Assembly (NCBI GenBank): GCA_031268215.1
Contig: JAIRXP010000086.1
Coordinates: forward strand, 2,747 to 66,746
DNA length: 64,000 nt
Source: Bifidobacteriaceae bacterium
Lineage (GTDB): Bacteria; Actinomycetota; Actinomycetes; Actinomycetales; WQXJ01
Direction: 5' to 3'
The position numbers and the translations under genes are program-made. Positions 36,603-46,944 of the stretch are shown piece by piece; the stretch's first letter is position 1; the number at the start of each line of letters is the position of its first letter. The notes beneath the pieces were generated by a model, which was not told the origin of the DNA, made no database searches, and saw only the letters and a program-made list of their open reading frames with translations.

Positions 36603-38594
36603 ATGACCGATCCATCCGCTTACCGTCCCAAACCAGGATCGGTCCCAGCCGACCCAGGGGTGTACCGATTCCGTGATGAGCACGGCCGAGTGATCTACGT
36701 AGGCAAGGCGAAGAACCTCAGGGCGAGGCTGGCGAACTACTTTCAGCCCCTGGATTCACTGCATCCCAGAACCCGGCGGATGGTTACGACCGCGGCCTCA
36801 GTCGATTGGACGGTGGTGGAAACTGAGGTTGAGGCATTGGCACTGGAGTACACCTGGATCAAGCGGTTCGAGCCCCGCTTCAACGTCAAGTACCGCGACG
36901 ACAAGTCGTATCCCTATCTGGCGGTTACTGTTGGCGAACCCTTCCCCAGAGCACAGGTGATGCGGGGCGCCAAACGCGAAGGCGTCAAGTACTACGGGCC
37001 GTTTGGGCATGCCTGGGCGATCCGCGAAACGCTGGACCTGCTGATTCCCGTCTTCCCGTTGCGAACCTGCTCGAACACCGTCTTTCAGCGTTACCAGAGA
37101 CAGGGCCGGGCCTGTTTGCTCGGGTATATCGACAAGTGTTCGGCGCCCTGCGTAGGGCGGGTTGACCAGGACACCCACCGCCAGATCGTGGATGATTTTG
37201 TCGCTTTCATGGATGGTGATTCGAGCCGCTTCCTGGCCGGAATAGAAGCGGCCATGCGTGAGGCCGCCGCCCAAGAAGACTTCGAACGGGCGGCCAGGTT
37301 GCGCGATGACGCCGCCGCCTTGGGGCGCGTAATCGAACGTAACGCCGTGGTCCTGGGCGATCAGACAGACGCCGATCTGTTCGCCATCGCGCAGGACGAA
37401 CTCGAAGCGGCCATTCAGGTCTTCTTCATTCGCCGGGGACGCATCACCGGCCAGCGGGGCTGGATCGTGGAGAAGACCGAAGACTGGAGCCAGGCTCAAC
37501 TGGTAGCGTCGCTGCTCCAGACCGTTTACGGCGGTGAGGAAGGCGCGGCCGGCCCGGATGCCGGAAGCGGCGACAGCCAGGTGCCGCGCGAAATCCTTGT
37601 TCCCACCATGCCGTGGGATGCCGAGGGATTGATTGATTACTTGCGGGTCAAGCGGGGCGGCCAAGTCCAAGTGAAGGTACCCCGGCGGGGGCCCAAACGG
37701 GCCCTGGCGGAAACGCTGCTGAAGAACGCCACCCAGTCCTTGGCGTTGCATAAGTCGCGGCGGGGCGGTGATCTGACCAGCCGGTCGCAAGCGCTGAAGG
37801 AACTCCAGGAGGCCTTGGACCTGGATGACGCGCCGCTGCGGATCGAGTGCTTTGACATTTCCCACACCGGTGGCACGAATCAGGTTGGCTCAATGGTCGT
37901 CTTTGAGGATGGGCTGGCTCGGAAGGCGGAATACCGCCGGTTCAACATCCGGGGGACGGAGGGCGAAGGGGCCGCCGATGACACCGCCGCCATGGCTGAG
38001 GTTCTGGCCCGCCGTTTCGCACACCAGGACAAAGAGGCTGATGTGGCGAGCCTATCCGGGGCGGAAACGGGGCTGGAAGAAGGCGCGGACGGCATCGGGC
38101 GAGAGGCGAGACCAAGCCGGCGGCACTTCGCTTACCCGCCCAACCTCCTGGTTGTGGACGGCGGTGCCCCCCAAGTTGGGGCGGCCGCCAGGATCATCCG
38201 GGAGCTGGGGATCGAAGGGGTGGCGTTGATTGGGCTGGCTAAGCGCATGGAGGAGGTCTGGCTGCCGGGAGACCGGTTCCCGGTGATCCTACCGCGGGGG
38301 TCGGATGGGTTGTTTCTGCTCCAGCGGGTGCGGGATGAGGCTCACCGGTTCGCCATCACAGCCCATCGACAGCGCCGGTCTAAAGCGATGACCCGGTCGG
38401 CTCTCGATGACGTGCCGGGCCTGGGGCCAGCCAAACAGAAGGCCCTGCTCAAGCGCTTTGGTTCGGTCAAGCGGATCCGGGCCGCCAGCCTGGAAGAACT
38501 CCAGTCGGTGCCGGCGATTGGGCCTAAGCTGGCCGCTAAGATTGCCGGCGCACTGGCAAGAGAACAGAAAAAGGATGAGAAACTGGACCCGTGA
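36603..38594 (+). CDS. uvrC: Excinuclease ABC subunit C
   Basis: GIY-YIG motif ([25 protein letters not shown]), UVR domain and C-terminal HhH. Start ATG 36603 lies within track ORF 36483..38594. TACCGT lies 7 nt upstream. Confidence 0.95.
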   Translation: MTDPSAYRPKPGSVPADPGVYRFRDEHGRVIYVGKAKNLRARLANYFQPLDSLHPRTRRMVTTAASVDWTVVETEVEALALEYTWIKRFEPRFNVKYRDDKSYPYLAVTVGEPFPRAQVMRGAKREGVKYYGPFGHAWAIRETLDLLIPVFPLRTCSNTVFQRYQRQGRACLLGYIDKCSAPCVGRVDQDTHRQIVDDFVAFMDGDSSRFLAGIEAAMREAAAQEDFERAARLRDDAAALGRVIERNAVVLGDQTDADLFAIAQDELEAAIQVFFIRRGRITGQRGWIVEKTEDWSQAQLVASLLQTVYGGEEGAAGPDAGSGDSQVPREILVPTMPWDAEGLIDYLRVKRGGQVQVKVPRRGPKRALAETLLKNATQSLALHKSRRGGDLTSRSQALKELQEALDLDDAPLRIECFDISHTGGTNQVGSMVVFEDGLARKAEYRRFNIRGTEGEGAADDTAAMAEVLARRFAHQDKEADVASLSGAETGLEEGADGIGREARPSRRHFAYPPNLLVVDGGAPQVGAAARIIRELGIEGVALIGLAKRMEEVWLPGDRFPVILPRGSDGLFLLQRVRDEAHRFAITAHRQRRSKAMTRSALDDVPGLGPAKQKALLKRFGSVKRIRAASLEELQSVPAIGPKLAAKIAGALAREQKKDEKLDP

Positions 38595-39523
38595 GCGATC
38601 CGGAAGACACGCGAACGTTCCCGGCGGGCATCCCCATCCGTGACGCGCTGGGCGGCAAAGATGACCGAGGCGAGATACTGATCATCACTGGCATGTCCGG
38701 TGCTGGGCGGACCCAAGGGGCGGGTGTGCTGGAGGATCTGGGCTGGTATGTGGTGGACAACCTGCCGCCGCAGATGATTGAGCCATTGGCCGGCATGATG
38801 AACCCGTCCGGCGGCGGTGTCAAACGCCTGGCGGTAGTCGTGGACGTGCGGTCGGGTGAGTTCTTCCGCACCTTTATGGACGCCCTGGAATCGTTGCGGA
38901 ACAGTGGAATCGACTACCGGATCGTGTTCTTGGACGCCTCAGACGCGGTGCTGATTCGGCGTTACGAATCGGTCCGCCGTCCTCATCCGCTGCAAGACGG
39001 CGGCACCGTCCTCAACGGTATAGCGCGGGAGCGCGCGCTGCTGACTGATTTGCGTGAACAGGCTGATGATTACGTTGACACATCGGCTTTCACGGTCCAT
39101 GAGATGAGCGCCCACATGGCACAAATCGCTGATCCGGACCAGAAGGACGAGGTAACCGTGTCGGTGTCCTCCTTCGGTTTCAAGTACGGTCTGCCGGCGG
39201 ACGCTTCGGCCGTGATTGATGTCCGCTTCTTAGCCAACCCGTACTGGGTGGATGAATTGCGGCATTTGACTGGGCTGGACCCAGCGGTCCGGGACTATGT
39301 GATGGCTTCTGGCGAGGCCCAACAGTTCCTGGCTCATTACGTGCGTGCCCTGATGATTTCTTTACAAGGATTTGCAGGCCAGCGTAAGCGGCACTTAGCC
39401 GTAGCGGTGGGCTGCACCGGTGGCAAGCACCGGTCAGTCGCCATCACTGAAGCGTTGGTGGTGATGTTGCGGGAGCGCGGTGTCCGGGCGCGGGCCAGCC
39501 ACCGGGACGTGGGGCGGGAATGA
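38591..39523 (+). CDS. rapZ: RNase adapter protein RapZ
   Basis: P-loop [10 protein letters not shown] and C-terminal [14 protein letters not shown] overlap with the uvrC stop. Confidence 0.9.
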   Translation: MSDPEDTRTFPAGIPIRDALGGKDDRGEILIITGMSGAGRTQGAGVLEDLGWYVVDNLPPQMIEPLAGMMNPSGGGVKRLAVVVDVRSGEFFRTFMDALESLRNSGIDYRIVFLDASDAVLIRRYESVRRPHPLQDGGTVLNGIARERALLTDLREQADDYVDTSAFTVHEMSAHMAQIADPDQKDEVTVSVSSFGFKYGLPADASAVIDVRFLANPYWVDELRHLTGLDPAVRDYVMASGEAQQFLAHYVRALMISLQGFAGQRKRHLAVAVGCTGGKHRSVAITEALVVMLRERGVRARASHRDVGRE

Positions 39524-40479
39524 ACCGGCCGGTGCGGCCGCCCAAAGTGGTGGCGTTGGGTGGCGGGCATGGCCTGGCGGCCTCGCTGAGGGCCCTCAGG
39601 CATGTCACCGCGGACCTGACCGCCGTGGTGACGGTGGCTGATTCGGGCGGGTCTTCTGGCAAACTGCGTGACGAATTTGACTGTTTGCCGCCCGGTGACC
39701 TGCGCATGGCCTTAGCGGCCTTGTCTGGCCACGACGATTGGGGCGTGACTTGGCGCGAGGTCCTCCAGCACCGATTTGGCGGCGAGGGCCCCTTGGCGGG
39801 CCATGCCCTGGGGAATTTGCTGATCGTGGGCTTGTGGGAAATGTGGGCCGGCGATCCAGCCACCGGATTGGACTTTGTCGGCAAACTGGTTGGCGCCGAG
39901 GGCCGGGTCTTACCCATGGCGGCTGTGCCGTTGAACGTGGAAGCGGACATCACCCGGATGGTTGAGGGCAAAGAGTGGCACACCTCGGTGCGGGGCCAGG
40001 CCAGAGTGGCGCTGGCCTGGGGAAGAGTCGAATCAGTGCGCCTGTCGCCGCCGGACGCCCCGGCCTGCCCGGAGGCGGTCCAGGCGGTGGAAGACGCCGA
40101 TTGGGTGGTGTTGGGGCCAGGGTCCTGGTACACATCGGTGATTCCCCACCTGTTGATTCCGGAGCTGGCGGAGGCCGTTTTGTCGGACCGGATCCGGCGT
40201 TGTGTGACACTTAATCTTGAGAGCCAGGCGGGGGAGACCTCCGGTTACAGTCCGGCGGACCATCTCAAGGCGTTAGGCTCTTATGCGCCGGGGGCTCAGT
40301 TCGACGTGGTGATTGTCGACGAATCTTCGGCGGGCGATCTGAGGGAATTGGATGAGTGGGTCACCGGGCAAGGTGGACGTTTGCTGGCCCGGCCGGTTCG
40401 TAAGCCGGGCCACGGGGCGGAACACGACTCACTCCGGCTCGCCGCTGCTTATCGCGAAGCTTTCCTGGGAGGGGAATAG
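39520..40479 (+). CDS. YvcK/CuvA-family (gluconeogenesis factor / UDP-sugar binding) protein
   Basis: Motifs [10 protein letters not shown] and [17 protein letters not shown] overlap with rapZ. Canonical rapZ-yvcK-whiA order. Confidence 0.9.
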   Translation: MNRPVRPPKVVALGGGHGLAASLRALRHVTADLTAVVTVADSGGSSGKLRDEFDCLPPGDLRMALAALSGHDDWGVTWREVLQHRFGGEGPLAGHALGNLLIVGLWEMWAGDPATGLDFVGKLVGAEGRVLPMAAVPLNVEADITRMVEGKEWHTSVRGQARVALAWGRVESVRLSPPDAPACPEAVQAVEDADWVVLGPGSWYTSVIPHLLIPELAEAVLSDRIRRCVTLNLESQAGETSGYSPADHLKALGSYAPGAQFDVVIVDESSAGDLRELDEWVTGQGGRLLARPVRKPGHGAEHDSLRLAAAYREAFLGGE

Positions 40480-40484
40480 GACTC

Positions 40485-41465
40485 ATGGCGTTGACCGCCA
40501 ACGTGAAGGAAGAACTTGGCCGCCTCAAGGTTGACACGGCCTGCTGCCGCAAGGCCGAGGTAGCCGTCACTTTGCGCTTCGCTGGGGGGCTGCACATCAT
40601 CGCCGGGCGGATCGTGGTTGAGGCGGAGCTGGACACCGCTTTGGCGGCTCGCCGCCTGCGCCAGGCCGTCGCCGACTTGTACGGCAACCGGTCGGAGATA
40701 GTGCTGGTGTCCGGCGGAGCGCTGAAACGCCACAACCGGTTCCACGTCCGGTTCGCGGACGATGGCGAAGGCCTGGCTAGGCAGACCGGCTTGCTTGACA
40801 GCCGGGGGCGGCCCGTATTGGGGCTGCCGCCGTCAATCGTTGGGGCTGGACTGTGTGATGTCGAGGCGGCCTGGAGAGGCGCGTTCATAGCCCATGGTTC
40901 GCTGACGGAGCCGGGCCGTTCCGGCGCTCTTGAGATCAGTGCGCCAGGGCCTGAGGCGGCCTTAGCCCTAGTGGGAGCGGCTCGGCGCCTGGGTGTGTCC
41001 GCTAAGTCCCGCGATGTCCGGGGAGTTGACCGGGTGGTGGTTCGCGATGGGGACGCCATCCGGACCATCTTGACTCGCATGGGTGCCCACGAAACGGTCA
41101 TCGCCTGGGAGGAGCGTCGGGTCAGGCGCGAGGTGATTGGTAACGCTCACCGCTTGGCGAATTTTGATGACGCCAACTTGCGGCGGTCGGTGCGGGCGGC
41201 GGTCGCGGCGGCCGCCCGGGTCGAGCGGGCGTTCGAGATCCTGGGAGATGCGGTGCCGGACCATCTGCGCCAGGCGGCGCGGTTGCGACTGGCCAATAAG
41301 GAGGCCTCACTCGAAGAACTGGGGCAGCTAGCAGATCCTCCGCTGACCAAAGACGCCGTTGCTGGAAGGATCCGCAGACTGTTGGCGATGGCGGACAAAC
41401 GTGCCATAGAACTCGGTATTCCCCTCACGGAGGCCGCCCTGCCACCCGATCTTTACGACTTGTGA
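40485..41465 (+). CDS. whiA: DNA-binding sporulation/cell-division regulator WhiA
   Basis: N-terminus [11 protein letters not shown]...CCRKAE, LAGLIDADG-like core and C-terminal HTH ([23 protein letters not shown]). Confidence 0.95.
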   Translation: MALTANVKEELGRLKVDTACCRKAEVAVTLRFAGGLHIIAGRIVVEAELDTALAARRLRQAVADLYGNRSEIVLVSGGALKRHNRFHVRFADDGEGLARQTGLLDSRGRPVLGLPPSIVGAGLCDVEAAWRGAFIAHGSLTEPGRSGALEISAPGPEAALALVGAARRLGVSAKSRDVRGVDRVVVRDGDAIRTILTRMGAHETVIAWEERRVRREVIGNAHRLANFDDANLRRSVRAAVAAAARVERAFEILGDAVPDHLRQAARLRLANKEASLEELGQLADPPLTKDAVAGRIRRLLAMADKRAIELGIPLTEAALPPDLYDL

Positions 41466-41600
41466 CCTCAACGTTCAGGTGGGCTTAGACACATTTGAAC
41501 TTTGGGCCGAAAGTGGCGGCGGGGTAGCGGCCATGATGCTAGGGTCGGTTCTTGGTGCTGGCGGGATCCGCCTCCCGGCACCGGACAAGGGCAGAGCTGA

Positions 41601-42668
<1,068 letters not shown>

Positions 42669-42808
42669 CCGGCTGGTCGCGATCTTGATAGGCGGCGTCC
42701 GCTTGGGTTTGTCCGCGGGTCCGGGACGGTGGTCTAGCACCACCCTCCCGGGGCCCGTTGTTTGACGACATCCCAGGTGGGCGCCGTTTTTTGGCGATAG
42801 GAGAGAAC

Positions 42809-44005
42809 ATGGCACTGAAGACGATTGACTCACTGGGAGACCTGTCCCGCCAACGAGTGCTGGTGCGGGCGGACCTGAATGTGCCGCTGGACGGCCAGCG
42901 GATTACCGATGACGGCCGGGTCCGGGCCTCGCTGCCCACCATCGAGCGGCTGGCCGGCGCCGGCGCGAAGGTGATAGTGATGGCCCACCTTGGCCGGCCA
43001 AAGGGCCAGCCGGAGGCGAAGTATTCGCTTCAGCCGGTGGCGGCGCGCCTGGCGGAGTTGCTGGGACGGCCGGTGGAATTCGCCGGCGATACGGTTGGGC
43101 CGCTAGCCCAGGCCGCCGTAGCAGCGGCCGGCGATGGCGACGTGGTGGTTCTGGAGAACGTCCGGTTCAATCCGGGCGAGACATCCAAGGAGGACTCCGA
43201 ACGCCAGGCTTTCGCCGCCGAGCTGGCGGCACTGGGAGACGCGTTCGTATCTGACGGGTTCGGTGTGGTTCACCGCAAGCAGGCCTCGGTCTATGACATC
43301 GCTCAGATTTTGCCCGCCGCAGCTGGTGGTCTGGTGCTGGCGGAGGTGGAGGCCCTGTCGCGGGCGACAACCAATCCGGCCCGTCCCTACGTGGTGGTGC
43401 TGGGCGGTTCCAAAGTTTCCGACAAGCTCGGCGTGATTGGCAATCTGATGGAGAAGGCGGACGCGCTGCTGATTGGCGGCGGCATGGTCTTCACCTTCTT
43501 GGCCGCCAAGGGCTACGCGGTGGGTGCGTCTTTGCTGGAAGAGGACCAGATTGACACCGTCAAGGGCTACCTTGACCGGGCCAGTGCCGAGGGCGTTGAG
43601 ATCGTTCTGCCAACGGACATCGTAGTGGCGGAGAAATTCGACCGGGATGCCGCCCACTACGACGTGGCAGCGGACCAGATCCCAGAGAGCTGGATGGGCC
43701 TAGATATTGGCCCCGATTCGCGCCAAGCTTTCGCCGCGAAGATCCGTGACGCTCGGACAATTGTCTGGAACGGGCCGATGGGCGTGTTCGAGTTCCCCGT
43801 GTTCGCCGCGGGCACCCGCGACGTGGCCCAAGCGATGATCGATTCGGCCGGTTTCTCGGTCGTGGGCGGCGGCGACAGCGCTGCGGCCGTGCGTATCCTG
43901 GGCCTGCCAGAGGCCGGGTTCGGCCATATTTCGACCGGCGGCGGAGCGTCGCTGGAATTGCTAGAGGGCAAAGTCTTGCCCGGCATAGCCGTATTGGAGG
44001 CCTGA
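42809..44005 (+). CDS. pgk: Phosphoglycerate kinase
   Basis: Start ATG 42809 is preceded by AGGAGA. Motifs RADLNVPL and STGGGASLE. Confidence 0.95.
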   Translation: MALKTIDSLGDLSRQRVLVRADLNVPLDGQRITDDGRVRASLPTIERLAGAGAKVIVMAHLGRPKGQPEAKYSLQPVAARLAELLGRPVEFAGDTVGPLAQAAVAAAGDGDVVVLENVRFNPGETSKEDSERQAFAAELAALGDAFVSDGFGVVHRKQASVYDIAQILPAAAGGLVLAEVEALSRATTNPARPYVVVLGGSKVSDKLGVIGNLMEKADALLIGGGMVFTFLAAKGYAVGASLLEEDQIDTVKGYLDRASAEGVEIVLPTDIVVAEKFDRDAAHYDVAADQIPESWMGLDIGPDSRQAFAAKIRDARTIVWNGPMGVFEFPVFAAGTRDVAQAMIDSAGFSVVGGGDSAAAVRILGLPEAGFGHISTGGGASLELLEGKVLPGIAVLEA

Positions 44006-44008
44006 CTT

Positions 44009-44794
44009 ATGACGCGCACCCCCTTGATGGCGGGTAACTGGAAGATGAACCTGGATCACCTGGAGGCTACGGCCACGATCCAGCGGTTGCACTGGGCGCT
44101 GCAGGACGCCAACTTCGACTACGGCAAAGCCGAGGTCGCGGTCCTGCCCCCATTCACTGACCTCCGGTCAGTCCAGACCGTGACTGACGCGGACAACATG
44201 TCGATCCGCTACGGCGCGCAGGATGTCTCGGTCCATCCCGACGGGGCTTACACCGGTGAGATATCAGCCCGCATGCTGTCCAAACTGGGCTGCTCCTATG
44301 TGGTGGTGGGTCACTCGGAACGCCGCCAGTACCACGGTGAGACTGATCAAGAGGTGGGAGAGAAGGCTCTGGCCGCGCTGGCTGGAGGCATGGTGCCAAT
44401 CATTTGCGTCGGTGAAGCCTTGGCCATCCGCAAGGCCGGTGAGCACGTCGCTTATACGTTGGCGCAGATCGATGCCGTGTTCGCGGAGTTAGCGCCGGAG
44501 TTGGCCAGCCGGTCGGTTGTCGCCTATGAGCCAATCTGGGCGATCGGCACTGGCGAGGTCGCCACCCCGGCCGATGCCCAGGAGGTTTGCGGGGCGATCC
44601 GCGAACGGCTGGCGGAGTTGTACGGCCGCGACGCGGCCGAGGCGATCCGAATCCTGTATGGCGGGTCGGTGAAATCCTCGAATGTGGCCGCGATCATGGC
44701 CGAGCCGGACGTGGACGGCGGCCTGGTTGGCGGGGCCTCACTCGATCCGGAGGAGTTCGCTCGGGTGTGCCGTTTCTCCGAGTACATCGCGTAG
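44009..44794 (+). CDS. tpiA: Triosephosphate isomerase
   Basis: Motifs [26 protein letters not shown]. Confidence 0.95.
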   Translation: MTRTPLMAGNWKMNLDHLEATATIQRLHWALQDANFDYGKAEVAVLPPFTDLRSVQTVTDADNMSIRYGAQDVSVHPDGAYTGEISARMLSKLGCSYVVVGHSERRQYHGETDQEVGEKALAALAGGMVPIICVGEALAIRKAGEHVAYTLAQIDAVFAELAPELASRSVVAYEPIWAIGTGEVATPADAQEVCGAIRERLAELYGRDAAEAIRILYGGSVKSSNVAAIMAEPDVDGGLVGGASLDPEEFARVCRFSEYIA

Positions 44795-44803
44795 ATAGTA
44801 GGA

Positions 44804-45055
44804 TTGGCCGCCGTGACTGTTGTGACCATCATCTGCCAGGCGATCCTGGTGCTGACGAGTGCCTTCCTGATCCTGCTCATCTTGATGCACAAAGGTAAGG
44901 GTGGTGGTCTGTCGGATATGTTCGGCGGCGGCTTCTCCTCGAACCTTGGTTCGTCCGGTGTGGCGGAGAAGAACCTGAACATGTTTACGGTCGTGGTGGG
45001 AATTGTTTGGATCGCCATGGTGTTGGCTCTGGCACTGATCCACAAGTTCAGTTAG
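44804..45055 (+). CDS. secG: Preprotein translocase subunit SecG
   Basis: Two TM segments flanking KGKGGGLSDMFGG. Sits in the conserved position after tpiA. Confidence 0.85.
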   Translation: MAAVTVVTIICQAILVLTSAFLILLILMHKGKGGGLSDMFGGGFSSNLGSSGVAEKNLNMFTVVVGIVWIAMVLALALIHKFS

Positions 45056-45083
45056 ACATCTTGAGTCTTTAGGAGGCGGAGCT

Positions 45084-45431
45084 ATGGCAGGCGGAAGCGC
45101 CATCAAGGGTTCGCGCGTCGGCGCGGGCCCCATGGGTGAGGAAGAAAGAGGCGAGGTGGCCCCGCGGGTGACCATCTCGTATTGGTGTACCAATGGGCAT
45201 GAGACCCGGCCCAGTTTCGTTGATGACCCAGCCACCACGGTGCCGGTCGAATGGGATTGCCCGCGCTGCGGGCTACCGGCGGGGATGGACCCGATGAACC
45301 CGCCAGACGCGCCCCGTAATGAGCCGTACAAGACCCATCTGGCTTACGTCAAGGAACGGCGTTCGGACCAGGACGGGGCTCAGCTTCTGGAGGAAGCACT
45401 GACCTCGCTGCGGACTCGGCGCGGGCAGTAG
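45084..45431 (+). CDS. rbpA: RNA polymerase-binding protein RbpA
   Basis: Core ISYWCTNGHETRPSFVDD...WDCPRCG and C-terminal sigma-interaction helix (THLAYVKERRSD). Confidence 0.85.
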   Translation: MAGGSAIKGSRVGAGPMGEEERGEVAPRVTISYWCTNGHETRPSFVDDPATTVPVEWDCPRCGLPAGMDPMNPPDAPRNEPYKTHLAYVKERRSDQDGAQLLEEALTSLRTRRGQ

Positions 45432-45463
45432 TCAAGCCCCGCCCCTTTGGCAAGAGGCCGCCA

Positions 45464-45486
45464 GCCTGGAGGCTGGGCCTCCGGGC
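45464..45486 (+). terminator. 10-bp stem / 3-nt loop hairpin after rbpA
   Basis: GCCTGGAGGC-tgg-GCCTCCGGGC (one G-U pair), hand-folded. No U-tract. Confidence 0.4.
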
Positions 45487-45541
45487 GGTGCCCCAGGGCG
45501 GAAAACTGAGCGCTGGGTCTTTGGTAGGGTGAATGGTCGGT

Positions 45542-45611
45542 GTGCCCACAATGGGCACCCTGGGGCCTTAGCCATTGAGTGTTGGCCCCACGCACGGCTT
45601 TACGCCGTGCG
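45542..45611 (+). promoter_or_regulatory. Structured rpsD 5' leader (two strong hairpins)
   Basis: GTGCCCA-caa-TGGGCAC (45542-45558) and CGCACGGC-tttac-GCCGTGCG (45591-45611, followed by GTTTC) lie within a 217-nt untranslated gap before rpsD. Confidence 0.4.
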
Positions 45612-45648
45612 CGTTTCGGAGGAACACGAACAGGAGAAATCGAGGCTG

Positions 45649-46278
45649 ATGACATCAGTGCGTCGTGCGCGCCGGCAGGTGCGCGAATCAAGGGCCCTTG
45701 GGCTGGCCCTGACACCCAAAGCGGTCAAGTACTTCGACCGGCGGCCCTACCCACCCGGCGAACATGGCCGCGGCCGGCGGCGGACAGAATCTGACTACGC
45801 CATCCGCTTGCGGGAAAAGCAACGCCTGAGGGCCCAGTATGGGCTGAGGGAAAAGCAGATCGTGCGGGCCTTCCAGGACGCCCGCAAGCAGCCTGGCCTA
45901 ACCGGTGAGGCGCTGGTTGAGCTGCTGGAGTGCCGCTTGGACGCAGTGGTGCTGCGGTCCGGATTCGCTCGGACCATTTACCAAGCCCGTCAAGTCGTGG
46001 TGCATCGCCACGTGTTGGTGGACGGCAAACTGGTGGACCGGCCTTCCTATCGGGTCAAGCCAGGCATGGTCGTCATGATCAAGCCGAAATCGCAACCGCT
46101 GGTGCCTTTCCAGGTGGCCGCTGCTGGCGCTCACCGTGATGCTCAGGTCTGGCAGATCCCGGACTACCTTGACGTCAACTTGGAACGGCTGCGGGCGCAG
46201 CTCGTGAGGGCCCCCAAACGGGCCGAGGTGCCGGTCACCTGCGACGTGCAACTGGTCGTCGAGCACTACTCGCGCTGA
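45649..46278 (+). CDS. rpsD: 30S ribosomal protein S4
   Basis: Start ATG 45649 within track ORF 45529..46278. Motifs RRPYPPGEHG, YGLREKQ and the S4 domain (LDAVVLRSGFARTIYQARQVVVHRHVLVDG). Confidence 0.85.
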   Translation: MTSVRRARRQVRESRALGLALTPKAVKYFDRRPYPPGEHGRGRRRTESDYAIRLREKQRLRAQYGLREKQIVRAFQDARKQPGLTGEALVELLECRLDAVVLRSGFARTIYQARQVVVHRHVLVDGKLVDRPSYRVKPGMVVMIKPKSQPLVPFQVAAAGAHRDAQVWQIPDYLDVNLERLRAQLVRAPKRAEVPVTCDVQLVVEHYSR

Positions 46279-46291
46279 CGGGGAGAACACG

Positions 46292-46678
46292 ATGACGCTG
46301 GGGGAAGTGGCGGGGCTGATCGCCGCGATCGCGTTCGTAGCGTTGGTGGGCCTCCTGGCCGTGCCGGTCTTGCGGCTGGGCACGGTCTTCAAGGAGGCCA
46401 CCAATTCAGTCAAGGAGTTGACGGATCACACCTTGCCCATCTTGGACGAGGCGGCCACCACGGTGGCCGGGGCTAACAGTCAACTGGAAAAGGTCGACAC
46501 CATCACCACCTCAGCAGCGGACGTGTCCCAAAATGTCTCGGCTATGACGGCGCTGTTCGCCGCCACTTTGGGCGGTCCGCTGATCAAGCTGGCGGCTTTC
46601 ACCTATGGCGTGCGTACCACTTTCTCGAATCACACTGGCGGGGCCAAGGCCGGAGCCAAGAAGCGGAAGGAAAAGTAG
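46292..46678 (+). CDS. DUF948-like membrane-anchored protein
   Basis: N-terminal TM segment followed by a coiled region (KEATNSVKELTDHTLPILDEAATTV). Confidence 0.65.
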   Translation: MTLGEVAGLIAAIAFVALVGLLAVPVLRLGTVFKEATNSVKELTDHTLPILDEAATTVAGANSQLEKVDTITTSAADVSQNVSAMTALFAATLGGPLIKLAAFTYGVRTTFSNHTGGAKAGAKKRKEK

Positions 46679-46679
46679 A

Positions 46680-46916
46680 GTGCGCCGGATCTGGTGGACG
46701 GGGCTGGGAGTGACACTCGGCATCGGGCTAGGTGTGGGACTGGCCTACGCGGCCTACCGGCGCTTCGACGCCGTGAAGCGGGCCGCCTCACCGGAGGGCG
46801 TGGCCAAGCGGATCGACGGGGCTGTCGCCACAGCCAGTGAACTGGCCGGCGAGATCCGTCAGGCCGCGGCGGCGCGGGAAGCGGAACTACGCCGGACTCT
46901 GCTCAACAACGACTGA
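46680..46916 (+). CDS. Small membrane protein
   Basis: GTG start 2 nt after the DUF948 stop. One TM segment (WWTGLGVTLGIGLGVGLAYAAY) plus an Ala/Arg-rich tail. Confidence 0.5.
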   Translation: MRRIWWTGLGVTLGIGLGVGLAYAAYRRFDAVKRAASPEGVAKRIDGAVATASELAGEIRQAAAAREAELRRTLLNND

Positions 46917-46944
46917 TCAACAACTGACTCGCGGAGGCGACCAA

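Noticed and set aside
42669-42808. Possible attenuator between gap and pgk (GGTGGT-ctagc-ACCACC hairpin and the GGGCGCCGTTTTTT tract).
   Set aside because: The hairpin and the T-tract are not adjacent. gap-pgk-tpiA is normally co-transcribed, and the evidence is too thin to annotate.
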